NCBI GenBank assembly: GCA_029866025.1 | Contig: JARXAD010000006.1 | Coordinates: 18,907 to 82,906 of the forward strand | Source of the DNA: Vampirovibrionales bacterium | GTDB lineage: Bacteria > Cyanobacteriota > Vampirovibrionia > Vampirovibrionales > Vampirovibrionaceae | Direction: 5' to 3' | DNA length: 64,000 nt | Part shown: piece after piece, positions 21,248 to 31,139 of the stretch | How the letters are laid out: the number at the start of each line of letters is the position of its first letter | Position numbering within the stretch: the stretch's first letter is position 1 | Program-made: the position numbers and the translations under genes | The notes under the pieces: generated by a model | Database searches by the model: none | Told to the model about the DNA's origin: nothing | Seen by the model: the letters and a program-made list of their open reading frames with translations, nothing else

Positions 21248-21907
21248 TTATTCGTCGATGTCCTCGTCCAGCACGTCGGCGGCGGTTAGCTTGGCTACCA
21301 ATGCCAACAACATATCGTTGCTAAAGGGCTTGGGCACAATGGCATCGGCGCCCAATTCCCGCACTCGGTTTAGCTCTTCGGAAGTGCCCGCCGAGATAAT
21401 CACCACTTTTAAATCGTTTAAAGTGGGCTGAGCCCGAACAAAACGAAGCACATCTTCTCCTGCCATACCCGGCATGTGCAAATCCAAAGTCATGACGCCG
21501 GGGTGATGGGTGGCCAATAACGTTCCAGCCTCAAAACCATTGTGGGCAATCAGCACATCATACCGAGCGCGTTTAAACACCCGTTGCAAGGCGCTGGAAA
21601 AATACGCATCATCATCCACCACTAAAATTTGGTTGTGGTTGCGCTCGGGGTAAGGAGATTCCGCCGTGGAAATGTCGGCCTCATCCTGCAATTCGTCAGG
21701 CAGTGGCATATTGTGGGCCACCATAAAGGCTTGAAGGTGCTCGCGCAAAATGCGCTTATCGCCGCGCCCAGGCAGTTGATAGGCTTGCAAATCGCCACGC
21801 TCCACCCATCGCACAATGGTGCGCAGGTTAACGTGGCACAATTTGGCGGCGTCACCAGTAGTGTAAATGGCTTTTTTGAGGGGCTCAGAAGACATTGGGG
21901 GCAGCAT
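21248..21907 (-). CDS. Transcriptional regulator with N-terminal MerR/excisionase-type HTH and C-terminal REC domain
   Basis: AAKLCHVNLRTIVRWVERGDLQAYQL HTH followed by receiver ILVVDDD...DLHMPGMAGEDVL. Confidence 0.7.
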   Translation of the reverse strand: MLPPMSSEPLKKAIYTTGDAAKLCHVNLRTIVRWVERGDLQAYQLPGRGDKRILREHLQAFMVAHNMPLPDELQDEADISTAESPYPERNHNQILVVDDDAYFSSALQRVFKRARYDVLIAHNGFEAGTLLATHHPGVMTLDLHMPGMAGEDVLRFVRAQPTLNDLKVVIISAGTSEELNRVRELGADAIVPKPFSNDMLLALVAKLTAADVLDEDIDE

Positions 21908-22117
21908 TCCAAAACAAAGGAAAGATAATCACCAGTATGAAAGTGACAACAGGAAGCCGTATCATCCAAATAGCGGGTTTTTAAAGATATATTACAAAAA
22001 CGAGTCATTATTTTAAGTCTACTATTCATAAATAGTCAATTTAGTCGATACAAAAAGAGTCGGCACGTCGGACAGGGGTGCTAAAAACTACCGGAGCCAT
22101 AATCGGCCAAGAAAATT

Positions 22118-23395
22118 TTGTTTGTAGACGATGAGCCCAACATTCTCAATGCCCTGAGGCGTGTGATGCGTTCCTCTGGCGGCTTCTCTGGTGATTGGGA
22201 GATAGAAACCACCGATGACCCAGAAGCAGCCCTTCGTATGGTGGAGCGAGAATCGGTTGCTGTTGTGGTCTCAGATCAGCGGATGCCCAGCATGGTAGGG
22301 TCCGATTGACTGGAGGCCATACGCCTTAAATCGCCCCAAACCCGCCGCATGATTTTAACGGGCTACGCCGATATGAATTCTGCCATGGATGCCATTAACA
22401 AAGGCGGTGCCCACCGGTATTTGGCCAAGCCGTGGGATGACGAGATTTTACGCCAAGCCATTTATGAAGGTGTGGAACAGTATCGTTTGGCGCAAGAAAA
22501 CTTTCGTCTCAAAGTCTCGTTAGAAAAGAAAAACGAAGCGCTGGTGCAGTTAAGCCGCACCATGGAGCGGAAAGTAGTGGAACGCACTCAAGATTTAGGG
22601 TCACTGAATGAACGCCTGCAATCGGAGCTGAAAGGCGTTATCCAACTCTTGCTTAAACTGGAAGAATCCCACAGTGTCACGGTATTTGGCCACAGCAACC
22701 GAGTGTTTGAATGGTCGACACGGGTGGGTGAAGCCCTGGGATTGAGTGAGGAAATGCGTTACCAGCTGGGGGTAGCCGCCCAGCTGCATGATATTGGCAA
22801 AATTGGGCTACCCTTGGCATTGCTATCCAAGCCCATGATGGTGATGTCTCCCTATGAAAAAAGCGTGTACCAATCCCACGCTGCTCGTGGGGCCGATTGG
22901 TTGGCGCAAATCCCTCAGTTTAAACTATCGGCGTCGGTTGTTCGCTACCACCACGAGCTAATGGACGGCAGCGGCTTTCCGGAAGGGCGCGTGGGTAAAG
23001 AAATCCCCTTAGGAGCCCGAATTTTGTGCGCCGTGGATGCGTTGGATCAGTGGCTACAAACGCAACCGGTTTTAGATGCCGAAGCGGTGCGTGAAGGTTT
23101 ACGAGTGTTGGAGGCCGATCGCAACCTACTGTATGACGGAGAGATTTTGGATGCCTTGCGCCAAGTAACCAATGTGTATATGCCCCTCAATCCCGTCATT
23201 CAAGAAGTAGCCCCCTCCGCCATTCAGGAAGGCATGATACTGGCCCGAGATTTGGTAACCAGCCAAGGGATGCTGGTACTGAAGCAAGGCAGCGTAATAA
23301 CCCCTTACAATTACGATAAAGTGGTGAGCCTTTTGCGCAAACAAACCCCTTTGGATGGCGTGTACGTGTACCAACCCGTGAATTTGAAGGTGTAA
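22118..23395 (+). pseudogene. HD-GYP-domain response regulator (RpfG-like c-di-GMP phosphodiesterase) interrupted by in-frame TGA at 22307-22309
   Basis: REC domain split as ...DQRMPSMVGSD*LEAIRLKSPQTRRMILTGYAD with alignment preserved across the stop, so a single-base nonsense change; downstream HD...HHELMDGSGFPEG HD-GYP motifs intact; only a TTG start upstream. Confidence 0.6.
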
Positions 23396-23742
23396 CAATG
23401 GAAATGAAACGACCTATTACTAATTTATTTAGACTTAGGCGCCAATGAATGATGCCTTTCGAACGACCTTCACCAGTGGCCAAGTGATCTCTCGGCTGGT
23501 GCTAATGGCCCTCCATTCGAGGGGCAGGTCACAGACGCATCGTTGCAACATCCTCCAATTTGTTAAGCAACTCTAATAAAAGCAATTGCGAAAAGGGTTA
23601 CAACCTTGGTTGATCATTAATTGTGCCACCCAGTTAGGGTTACTATCCCCCATTAGAGGGAGGGCTGGTGGGGTATTGGCCTTGGGCGTGGATTCATTAT
23701 CCTATGGGTAGGTATTTGTCCCTACGGAAAGAGAGCGCCTTT

Positions 23743-24282
23743 ATGATAGCCACTTCCTGTTTTGCAGCTAACATTATGACCACTCGTCTGATTACGCTCC
23801 ACCCTGACATGACTTGTCAAGATGCCGTTCAGGTGCTGCTCAATAATCACATTTCAGGGTCACCCGTTGTCGATTCGTTCGGAGAACTCGTCGGCGTCAT
23901 TAGTCTGAAGGATTTACTTGGAAATAGTGAATACCAGCTGCCGTCACCTATGTATTACGACGAATTATATTTAGATGATCTCATGACGGAAGAGGCCTTT
24001 GATTTGGTGAATTTAAACACCGGAACGGTGTCTGAGCTAATGACCTTGGACGTTGTAACAGTGGTACAAACAGCCCCCATAGAAACCGTGGCTAAAGTGC
24101 TTTACACCCAAAAGGTGCACCGAGTGATTGTGGTGGCCGAAGGGGGCAAGCCTGTAGGCATTGTTACTACCTTTGATGTACTGAAAGCTTTTACAGGTGA
24201 CAGAGACACTTTAAAAGAACCTTTGCGAAAGGGTTCCTTGCCATCTGTACCCACTAAAATTCCAACAGGGCTGGGTGTATAG
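23743..24282 (+). CDS. CBS-domain pair protein
   Basis: Two CBS-like repeats (IMTTRLITLHPDMT..., VSELMTLDVVTV...); start moved to ATG 23743 with GAGAG upstream, the longer ORF from 23668 lacks signal features. Confidence 0.65.
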   Translation: MIATSCFAANIMTTRLITLHPDMTCQDAVQVLLNNHISGSPVVDSFGELVGVISLKDLLGNSEYQLPSPMYYDELYLDDLMTEEAFDLVNLNTGTVSELMTLDVVTVVQTAPIETVAKVLYTQKVHRVIVVAEGGKPVGIVTTFDVLKAFTGDRDTLKEPLRKGSLPSVPTKIPTGLGV

Positions 24283-24318
24283 TGCTGTTATTCATGTAAT
24301 TGTTTAAAAAGCCCCCCT

Positions 24319-25563
24319 ATGTCTCATTCATCTTCCCCTCTTTTTACGGATGCCCAAACCAAGGAGTCGCTACTCGGGGACGAGCAACTGCGTCATATTC
24401 AGTATGCGCTAGATGAATCGGCGATTGTTGCTGTAACCAACCCACAGGGTGTTATTACCTATGTCAATGATACGTTTTGTGCAATTTCTGGCTATGAGCG
24501 AGATGAACTCATCGGCGCCACTCACAAAGTAATTAATTCGGGGTATCATGGCCCCACTTTTTTTAAAGAACTGTGGGGTGCCATCCGTGAATGCAAGGTG
24601 TGGCGGGGCGAAATTCAGAACCGCGCAAAAAACGGAAAACCTTATTGGGTTTCTACAACCATTGTACCCAAGTGCCAAAAAGAACTCGGCCATGCACTAG
24701 AAACCAATCACCGCCCTCAGGAATACACAGCTATCCGTTTTGACATTACCCCGTTAAAGCGTGTGGAGGTAGAAATTCAGGGACTATATAACGAACTTGA
24801 CGAGCGAGTCCGCCAACGTACCGCTCAGTTGGCCTCGGCTAACGCCGAGTTAGAAACCTTATTAGAACGTCTGCAAGAAACGGAACACCAGCGGGAACGT
24901 TACGTGGCTGCTATTACCCATGATTTGCGAACGCCTCTGATTGGCCAGCAGAGGGCTTTAAGTATTGTGGCCAAACATCAGCACTTGCTGCCTCCCTCGG
25001 TACAGCCTTTTTTACACAGCATGGCTACCAGTACCGATCATACATTGGCGTTGGTACAAAAACTACTCGATGTTCACCACCTCGAATCGGGCCACGTGGT
25101 GCCCGTACTTCAATCGATACGTATTAGAGAATTGATTGATAGTGCTTTTGCCGACGTGCTACCCTTGGCCAGTGAGCGAAATATTGCATTAACGAATGAT
25201 ACTGACCCTGTAGAACTATTGGCAATGTTAGATCCTCGACTGATTCGAAGAGTGTTGGTTAATTTGTTGGGCAATAGCCTGGCTTTGCCCGCATGCGCAA
25301 AAATTACCGTCTCAGCGCGATCTGTAACCAATGGTTTGCAGCTAACAGTATGCGATGACGGCCCAGGTATTGAGGCCGAACGATTACGCAATTTGTTTGA
25401 GAGACACTGGGGTGAAAAAACACGCCAAATTGGGTCGGGCTTGGGTCTTAATATTTGTAAACTCATTGTGGATCGTCACAATGGCACACTAACGGTTACT
25501 AGCAATACCTCGGGCCTTCATCGTGGTACCCGTTTTGTTATGACGCTTCCCAATCAACGTTAG
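24319..25563 (+). CDS. Cytoplasmic PAS-domain sensor histidine kinase
   Basis: PAS S-box (IVAVTNPQGVITYVNDTFCAISGYERDELIG...), H-box ITHDLRTPLIG, HATPase_c (GSGLGLNICK); no TM segments. Confidence 0.85.
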   Translation: MSHSSSPLFTDAQTKESLLGDEQLRHIQYALDESAIVAVTNPQGVITYVNDTFCAISGYERDELIGATHKVINSGYHGPTFFKELWGAIRECKVWRGEIQNRAKNGKPYWVSTTIVPKCQKELGHALETNHRPQEYTAIRFDITPLKRVEVEIQGLYNELDERVRQRTAQLASANAELETLLERLQETEHQRERYVAAITHDLRTPLIGQQRALSIVAKHQHLLPPSVQPFLHSMATSTDHTLALVQKLLDVHHLESGHVVPVLQSIRIRELIDSAFADVLPLASERNIALTNDTDPVELLAMLDPRLIRRVLVNLLGNSLALPACAKITVSARSVTNGLQLTVCDDGPGIEAERLRNLFERHWGEKTRQIGSGLGLNICKLIVDRHNGTLTVTSNTSGLHRGTRFVMTLPNQR

Positions 25564-25585
25564 AAAAATTTCAGGAGGTTTTCGA

Positions 25586-26254
25586 ATGACCCGCATACTG
25601 CCCCTACGCTTATTGATTGTGGAAGACCACGAATTAGTCCGCCAAGGCTTGGCTTACACCCTAAACGAACACGGCTTTGAGAGCATTGACTGTGTAGACG
25701 ATGGGAAAAAAGCGCTGGAGCGTTGTCAACAACAAGAAAATCGTCCAGAACTTATTTTAATGGATATTGGCTTACCGATACTGGATGGTATTAGCGCCAC
25801 ACAGGCTATTAAAAAAACAGCACCGGACGTTAAAATTATTATGCTCACCTCTCACCAAGACCCTATGGAAGTGCGAGCAGCCTTAACGGCTGGGGCCGAT
25901 GGTTATTGCCTCAAAGACATCCCCATTGAACGACTGTGCCGCGTGATGGAAGACCTAATGGAAGGCGGCCTATGGTTAGACCCTGCCGTAGCCCAAGCCT
26001 TGCAACAGTGGATTGTGGCCATTCCCAACCACCCTGGCGTTAGCCCCGAAGCAACCCCTGACCCCGGCTTAACGGAACGCGAGCGCGAAGTACTGGCCGA
26101 AATTGTGAACGGCAAAAGCAATAAAGAAATTGCGGTGTATTTGGGCATGTCACCCCACACGGTAAAAACCCACGTCACCAACGTCATTCAAAAACTGTCA
26201 GTTACGGATCGTACCCAAGCCGCCGTAAAAGCCATTAAGCAGCAGTTGGTCTAA
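25586..26254 (+). CDS. NarL/FixJ-family response regulator (REC + LuxR-type HTH)
   Basis: LLIVEDHELVRQGL...LMDIGLP receiver; C-terminal LTEREREVLAEIVNGKSNKEIAVYLGMSPHTVKTHV LuxR HTH. Confidence 0.85.
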   Translation: MTRILPLRLLIVEDHELVRQGLAYTLNEHGFESIDCVDDGKKALERCQQQENRPELILMDIGLPILDGISATQAIKKTAPDVKIIMLTSHQDPMEVRAALTAGADGYCLKDIPIERLCRVMEDLMEGGLWLDPAVAQALQQWIVAIPNHPGVSPEATPDPGLTEREREVLAEIVNGKSNKEIAVYLGMSPHTVKTHVTNVIQKLSVTDRTQAAVKAIKQQLV

Positions 26255-26450
26255 ACCAACTAAACACTGTGGGTTCACAAGCCGCCTTTTAACAATGCTT
26301 CGGACTTTTTAGGGTTTTTTTTCGTACCCCAGGACCTAACCAACAGCGTTTTGGTATTATATCCAGCGAAAGCGTAAAGAAAAACGCCGCTTTCCTTTAG
26401 GAAAAGGATGCCTGATTTACCAGCATGGTAATCAACGAGAGATTGGTGTG

Positions 26451-27812
26451 TTAATGCATCTCGGGTTGAGGTTTTCGCAAGGTGGCTAAATACGTGGCCA
26501 ACGCATCCACTTCATCAACAGTACCTGCCACTGGCGGCATAATGCCCATGTACGGGTTTTTGGCTTTATCGGTACTGTGAATGGTGGTGAGGAAGGCCAC
26601 AATGGCTTTCTCATCCCGTTCGCCTAACATATTGGGCATACTTCGGTACCCACCCTTGGTGTGGCATGCCAAACACTGCCCTTCAAACATAGCTTTACCC
26701 ATGCGCATTTTATTACCAGCCACGTCGCCTTCAATCAACTGAGGCTTCCATTTACTGGTGGCAATGTAACCCGTCTCATTAATAGTTTTGATATCGCTAA
26801 TACGCAAGCCGTTGGAATACAAATGGCCATACACCACGTAGGGTTTTCGCAGCATTTCGCGAGACCATTCGCCTATGCTAGTAACCAACAACCCGCATAC
26901 CATAAAGGCCAAGGCCATTTTGGGCGTAAAAACCCGTGGGTTTAAGTACGGCCCCACGTAAGCAAAAATAATAATGGTGCCAGAAAGAATAAGGCCCAAA
27001 TACGACGCCCGCGCCAAAATGGAAAAGTTACCCACCCCCGACGTTTGCATGCCATTTTGAATAGTGTGCAACACATCGGGCGGAATGTTAAGGCCAAACC
27101 ACCACGCCAGCACAGGGCCTACTGCAAAGGTGGGGATAAACCACTTGGCAGCATATTGCAGCATCCGATCCCGAAAGCTAGCCTCTGCTTCTGTGGTTTG
27201 AGGTAATTTACTGGCCGTGTAAAGAGAATACATCCCAGCCATGCTGGCCATAATCACAATACGAATAAGCAACGAGGGCCAGTAGGTTCGGTTAAAGAAG
27301 CCATCAAACCAGTAGCCCGTTTGGATCCATTTATCCGGCGTGAGCATAAAGGTTAGAATACCGTTGATAATAACCAGCGTGAGAATAGAAGCAACCGCGT
27401 AAGCAATGGCCAACTGCAAGTGAGTTTTCCGAGAGACTCGATCCCAGCAGTAGTAATACACAAACACTACCGCTAGTTCTGCCACAAAAAACAGATACTC
27501 ACACGCCCAGCCAAAGGTATACACTTGGATGAGAGTGTGCAGCCCGTCAGGGCTTACCAACGCAATGACCGTCCAAATACCCACCCCTGTTACGGCACCG
27601 GCCACGGTGGTTACCAGCATAAAAAATTGAGCGTGTTTTTTTAAGTAGTCATACATGGCCTCGTCGTTGTTTTTGTAGGCCAGCCATTCGCTTAAGGCAA
27701 AGTACAACCCGCCTCCCACGGCAAAGTGAGAGATAAAAATGTGGATGCAGGCCATAATGCCAATCAGCCACGAGCCGCCGAGAATCGGGATTTCCCAAAT
27801 GGGGTAGTTCAT
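26451..27812 (-). CDS. Polytopic membrane protein with C-terminal monoheme cytochrome c domain (last gene of the Rieske/cyt b operon)
   Basis: ~9 hydrophobic helices in first 330 aa; C-terminal CLACH heme-binding motif with downstream Met; family not recognised. Confidence 0.6.
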   Translation of the reverse strand: MNYPIWEIPILGGSWLIGIMACIHIFISHFAVGGGLYFALSEWLAYKNNDEAMYDYLKKHAQFFMLVTTVAGAVTGVGIWTVIALVSPDGLHTLIQVYTFGWACEYLFFVAELAVVFVYYYCWDRVSRKTHLQLAIAYAVASILTLVIINGILTFMLTPDKWIQTGYWFDGFFNRTYWPSLLIRIVIMASMAGMYSLYTASKLPQTTEAEASFRDRMLQYAAKWFIPTFAVGPVLAWWFGLNIPPDVLHTIQNGMQTSGVGNFSILARASYLGLILSGTIIIFAYVGPYLNPRVFTPKMALAFMVCGLLVTSIGEWSREMLRKPYVVYGHLYSNGLRISDIKTINETGYIATSKWKPQLIEGDVAGNKMRMGKAMFEGQCLACHTKGGYRSMPNMLGERDEKAIVAFLTTIHSTDKAKNPYMGIMPPVAGTVDEVDALATYLATLRKPQPEMH

Positions 27813-27868
27813 AACGCCAACGTCCTATTTACCAATGAAGTTTAAAAACTGAGAAATAACCAAAAAAC

Positions 27869-28969
27869 TTACTGAAAACCAAGGAAGGTAAAGAGAATCA
27901 TGCCTGCCAGCACAACACAGCCAAACCAGTGGTACAACTTACTCACACCAGTCCCTGGGGTTTTATCTACAAAAGGAGCCGAGGCAAACACCAAACCAAT
28001 GGCAGAAAAGAAGAGCAGGCCCGCCTGTTCACCTTCCAGCGGCCCCACATAGGCCGGAATCCCTTTGAGGAACTGGAACATTGCCAAGAAGTACCACTCG
28101 GGTTTAATACCCATGGGCGCGGGGGCTGCGGGGTCGGCCTGAGCCCCCAAGCCCCATGGGAACAGCGCCACCAAAGTGGCCACTAGGTTAATCACCAACA
28201 GCCACACCATGGCATCTTTTAACGCAAAGTTGGGGACAAAGGGCTCGGATTTCTTTTGGGCTTCCGGCAAGGCGTTATCGGCCTCTGGGCGGGAGATGCC
28301 GTGGGCTTGTACTAACCACAGGTGAGTTCCCAATAATCCTATCAGCGCCAAGGGCAACCCAATCACGTGGATTAAAAAGAACCGAGACAACGTCGCTTGC
28401 CCCACCACCTCGCCACCACGCAATAACGTGGCCATCATGGCACCAATTACGGGCACCTTGGATGTTATATCGAGGCCAATTTTACTAGCAGCGTAAGCCA
28501 CTTCATCCCACGGCAACAAATAGCCCGTAAAACCAAAACCCATGCACACCACCAGCAGCACCAAGCCCGTTAGCCACGTCATCTCACGAGGGGCACGATA
28601 GGCCTTCATAAAATAGGTGCTAAACATGTGAATAAACAGCGCCAAGATCAGCAAGTTAGCGCTCCAGCTGTGAAAAGATCGCACAAACCAGCCAAAATCC
28701 ACGCGGGTATTGATGTTAAGAATGGATGCATAGGCGGCATCAATGGAGGGCACATAATGTACCATCAACAACAGGCCGGTGACAAACTGAATGCCAATGA
28801 GCATAAGAGCAATGCCGCCCAAGTAGTACCACACACTGTGGGTATGCACCGGCACCGTTTTTTTAGCCACCATCGTCAATACAGGGCCCAGACCTAAACG
28901 ATCAATGAACCACCCTTTCAGGGCACAGTCACAATTAGCTTTAGAAGAACTGGCAGGAGGAACAGCCAT
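27869..28969 (-). CDS. Cytochrome b of a bc/b6f-type complex (short, b6+subunit-IV-length form)
   Basis: N-terminal WFIDRL b6-like segment, conserved His ligands in helices, PEWY motif (GIKPEWYFL); 366 aa, shorter than proteobacterial bc1 cytochrome b. Confidence 0.85.
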   Translation of the reverse strand: MAVPPASSSKANCDCALKGWFIDRLGLGPVLTMVAKKTVPVHTHSVWYYLGGIALMLIGIQFVTGLLLMVHYVPSIDAAYASILNINTRVDFGWFVRSFHSWSANLLILALFIHMFSTYFMKAYRAPREMTWLTGLVLLVVCMGFGFTGYLLPWDEVAYAASKIGLDITSKVPVIGAMMATLLRGGEVVGQATLSRFFLIHVIGLPLALIGLLGTHLWLVQAHGISRPEADNALPEAQKKSEPFVPNFALKDAMVWLLVINLVATLVALFPWGLGAQADPAAPAPMGIKPEWYFLAMFQFLKGIPAYVGPLEGEQAGLLFFSAIGLVFASAPFVDKTPGTGVSKLYHWFGCVVLAGMILFTFLGFQ

Positions 28970-29029
28970 GGAGCAAAGTCCTTGTACATAAAAAAATAGA
29001 GAGAATCAAAAAACAGGAAGAGCTAGACT

Positions 29030-29608
29030 TTAAGCCTTGGAAACAATAATGGAATCTTTTACAACCTCGGCTTTAAGTAAATCCAAAGGACGTGGTGGAG
29101 GACCTGCAATGTTAGTACCTGTGGCAGCATCATACTGGCCTCCGTGGCACGCACACCAAATATTTTTTTCGCCGGCGTTGTATTGCACCGTGCACCCCAA
29201 GTGGGTACACGTGGCGTTGTAGGCTTTATAGGTGCCATCGGGCAAGCAAATCAACAAAGCCGGAATACTACCAAACTGAAAATTTTTCGCACTGCCGGGC
29301 GGAAAATCCGTGGTTTTCCCCACCGTTACCGAAGACACCTGCGTGGCGCTGGCATCTGCGGTTCCCGATGACAAGTACTTAAAGAAAGGCGATGCGGCTA
29401 ATCCGGCCCACAACAAGCCCAACCCACCCAAGGCTACTTTTAAAAAACCACGGCGTGTGGGCTCTACCAAGGTGCCATCGCCCGGACGAAGATGGCATGC
29501 CATTTGTTGCTGCAATTGTCCACTCAAGGCAGCTTCACGAGGGCAATGCCCGGTGGGCTCTTGTGGCGTGTGATTGTCCTTTTGGTTATCTAAGGTCATC
29601 TCAATCAA
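29030..29608 (-). CDS. Rieske [2Fe-2S] protein with Tat signal; probable true start ATG at 29503
   Basis: RRGFLKVALGG twin-arginine motif; boxes CTHLGC and CACHGGQY. Confidence 0.85.
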   Translation of the reverse strand: MIEMTLDNQKDNHTPQEPTGHCPREAALSGQLQQQMACHLRPGDGTLVEPTRRGFLKVALGGLGLLWAGLAASPFFKYLSSGTADASATQVSSVTVGKTTDFPPGSAKNFQFGSIPALLICLPDGTYKAYNATCTHLGCTVQYNAGEKNIWCACHGGQYDAATGTNIAGPPPRPLDLLKAEVVKDSIIVSKA

Positions 29609-29637
29609 TCCTTGTAATAATCATTTTTCTAGAAGGC

Positions 29638-30846
29638 TTACTTGGCTTCGGGAAAAAAGCCTTTCCAAGCGGTTTTAATCAACCAGGTCAGGAAAATAAC
29701 CAGTCCCACGGCAATGATTAAAAAGGCAATAAGCAAATCCAGTTGCAACTTCACCGGCAACAAGTCTGGCGTAACCAAGGAAGCCAGATTGATGTAGCGA
29801 AGGATGGCACGCATTCCAATCATGCCCAAAATGGTAACCAAACCCAGCGACTGAGTAAGCACCATGGGCAAGCCTTTACCCGTTTGCCACGCCCACATCG
29901 CCATTACCAAACTTAAAACAGTGGTGGCTAAGCTGCCCATCATTAGAGGGGTTGCCACGGCGTGCTGTCCCATAAAGGCCAGCATTTGGGCTTTGGGCAA
30001 GCTCATTAAAAACCAACCGCCAATACCAAACTGCAACAGGGTAATCACGGCATACAGGGCCGCACCCGTTTTAATCAGCCATTGGCCATAGGCCAAATCG
30101 CGCTTTAAAAAGACCAGACCATAAATCCCCATCACCAAGCCATTGACGGCCAAGGAACCAAACCACATATGCAAAAAGCGAGGAATCACTTGCGGGTTGG
30201 CCACATTAAGGAACCAGCCCGTGCGGGTGGCACCTTCTTGCCAATGAGCGGTGTCCGTCATGAGCGTTACCATGTTGACAAAGCCGAAGCCAATAAAGGC
30301 AAACAGCAAGGATGACAGCAACAAATAGCCGACAGGGCCGACTTTAGTACGGTCTTTGACCGAAAATTTATAACCGTACAAGCTATAGTAAGCCACAATC
30401 AATACAGGAATGGCACTAAGCCAAGGCCACGCCTGTTGAACCGTAGATACATAATAGAGAGGACCATAGATAAGTTGCAAAAATAACAAGGGCACCACGC
30501 CTTGGGTAATGGCCACCGATAAATACACAGGCAAGTGAGCTGCCAAGGTGTTGCCAAACCGGGTGCCGTGGGGCGAACGCCCCAACAACCCTGCCGATAC
30601 CAAGCCGCCGGTTAAAATTACGTTCATGGGGATAAGGTGGGTAATAAAGCCTACCAGCAACAGCACTTGCAGCAGCCAAATGGGGGCAGGCATCGGCACT
30701 GGCTGATAATGAGGCACCATCGCGGCGGTAGCATGGGCAGCATCGGGGTGGAGAGGCCCAGAGAACAAGGCGGTGACAACAGACGAGAGCGAAGCAACAT
30801 CGGGCATGGATGATAGAACCCTACAAATACACACTGAAGAAAACAC
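29638..30846 (-). CDS. Polytopic integral membrane protein, first gene of the Rieske/cyt b operon (unknown family)
   Basis: ~10-12 hydrophobic helices, no cofactor motif recognised; 29-bp gap to the Rieske gene. Confidence 0.55.
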   Translation of the reverse strand: MFSSVCICRVLSSMPDVASLSSVVTALFSGPLHPDAAHATAAMVPHYQPVPMPAPIWLLQVLLLVGFITHLIPMNVILTGGLVSAGLLGRSPHGTRFGNTLAAHLPVYLSVAITQGVVPLLFLQLIYGPLYYVSTVQQAWPWLSAIPVLIVAYYSLYGYKFSVKDRTKVGPVGYLLLSSLLFAFIGFGFVNMVTLMTDTAHWQEGATRTGWFLNVANPQVIPRFLHMWFGSLAVNGLVMGIYGLVFLKRDLAYGQWLIKTGAALYAVITLLQFGIGGWFLMSLPKAQMLAFMGQHAVATPLMMGSLATTVLSLVMAMWAWQTGKGLPMVLTQSLGLVTILGMIGMRAILRYINLASLVTPDLLPVKLQLDLLIAFLIIAVGLVIFLTWLIKTAWKGFFPEAK

Positions 30847-31139
30847 TTTTTCAAATGCTAATTAAAAAGTTCGTATATGTAACAAGAATACTTTTTACTG
30901 TGACACAGGATTATGCATGAATGGATGCCCCAGCAGCCCTCGCCCAAATGGGTGAGGGGGAATTTGTGTCCAATTGCGTGGATTCGCACCAAAATAATTT
31001 ATAAATAGTAAAATTTCTAACCTATAGAATTGGACCACTAACCCCCTTATCCAACCCAGGTCAGAAGGGCGAGGTGTTTGAAAAAAATTTCAAAGACAAT
31101 GCCATGGTTTCCCTACAATAAATAAGAAGGTTTTCTATC

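Noticed and set aside
22307-22309. TGA as selenocysteine or recoded tryptophan in the HD-GYP gene
   Set aside because: No SECIS-like hairpin follows, position is a conserved hydrophobic REC residue, and other genes in the window use TGA as a stop.
31074-31095. TTTGAAA-N4-TTTCAAA inverted repeat upstream of the USP gene as an FNR/FixK box
   Set aside because: Half-site spacing and sequence do not match TTGAT-N4-ATCAA; sits in an A/T homopolymer context where such symmetry arises easily.
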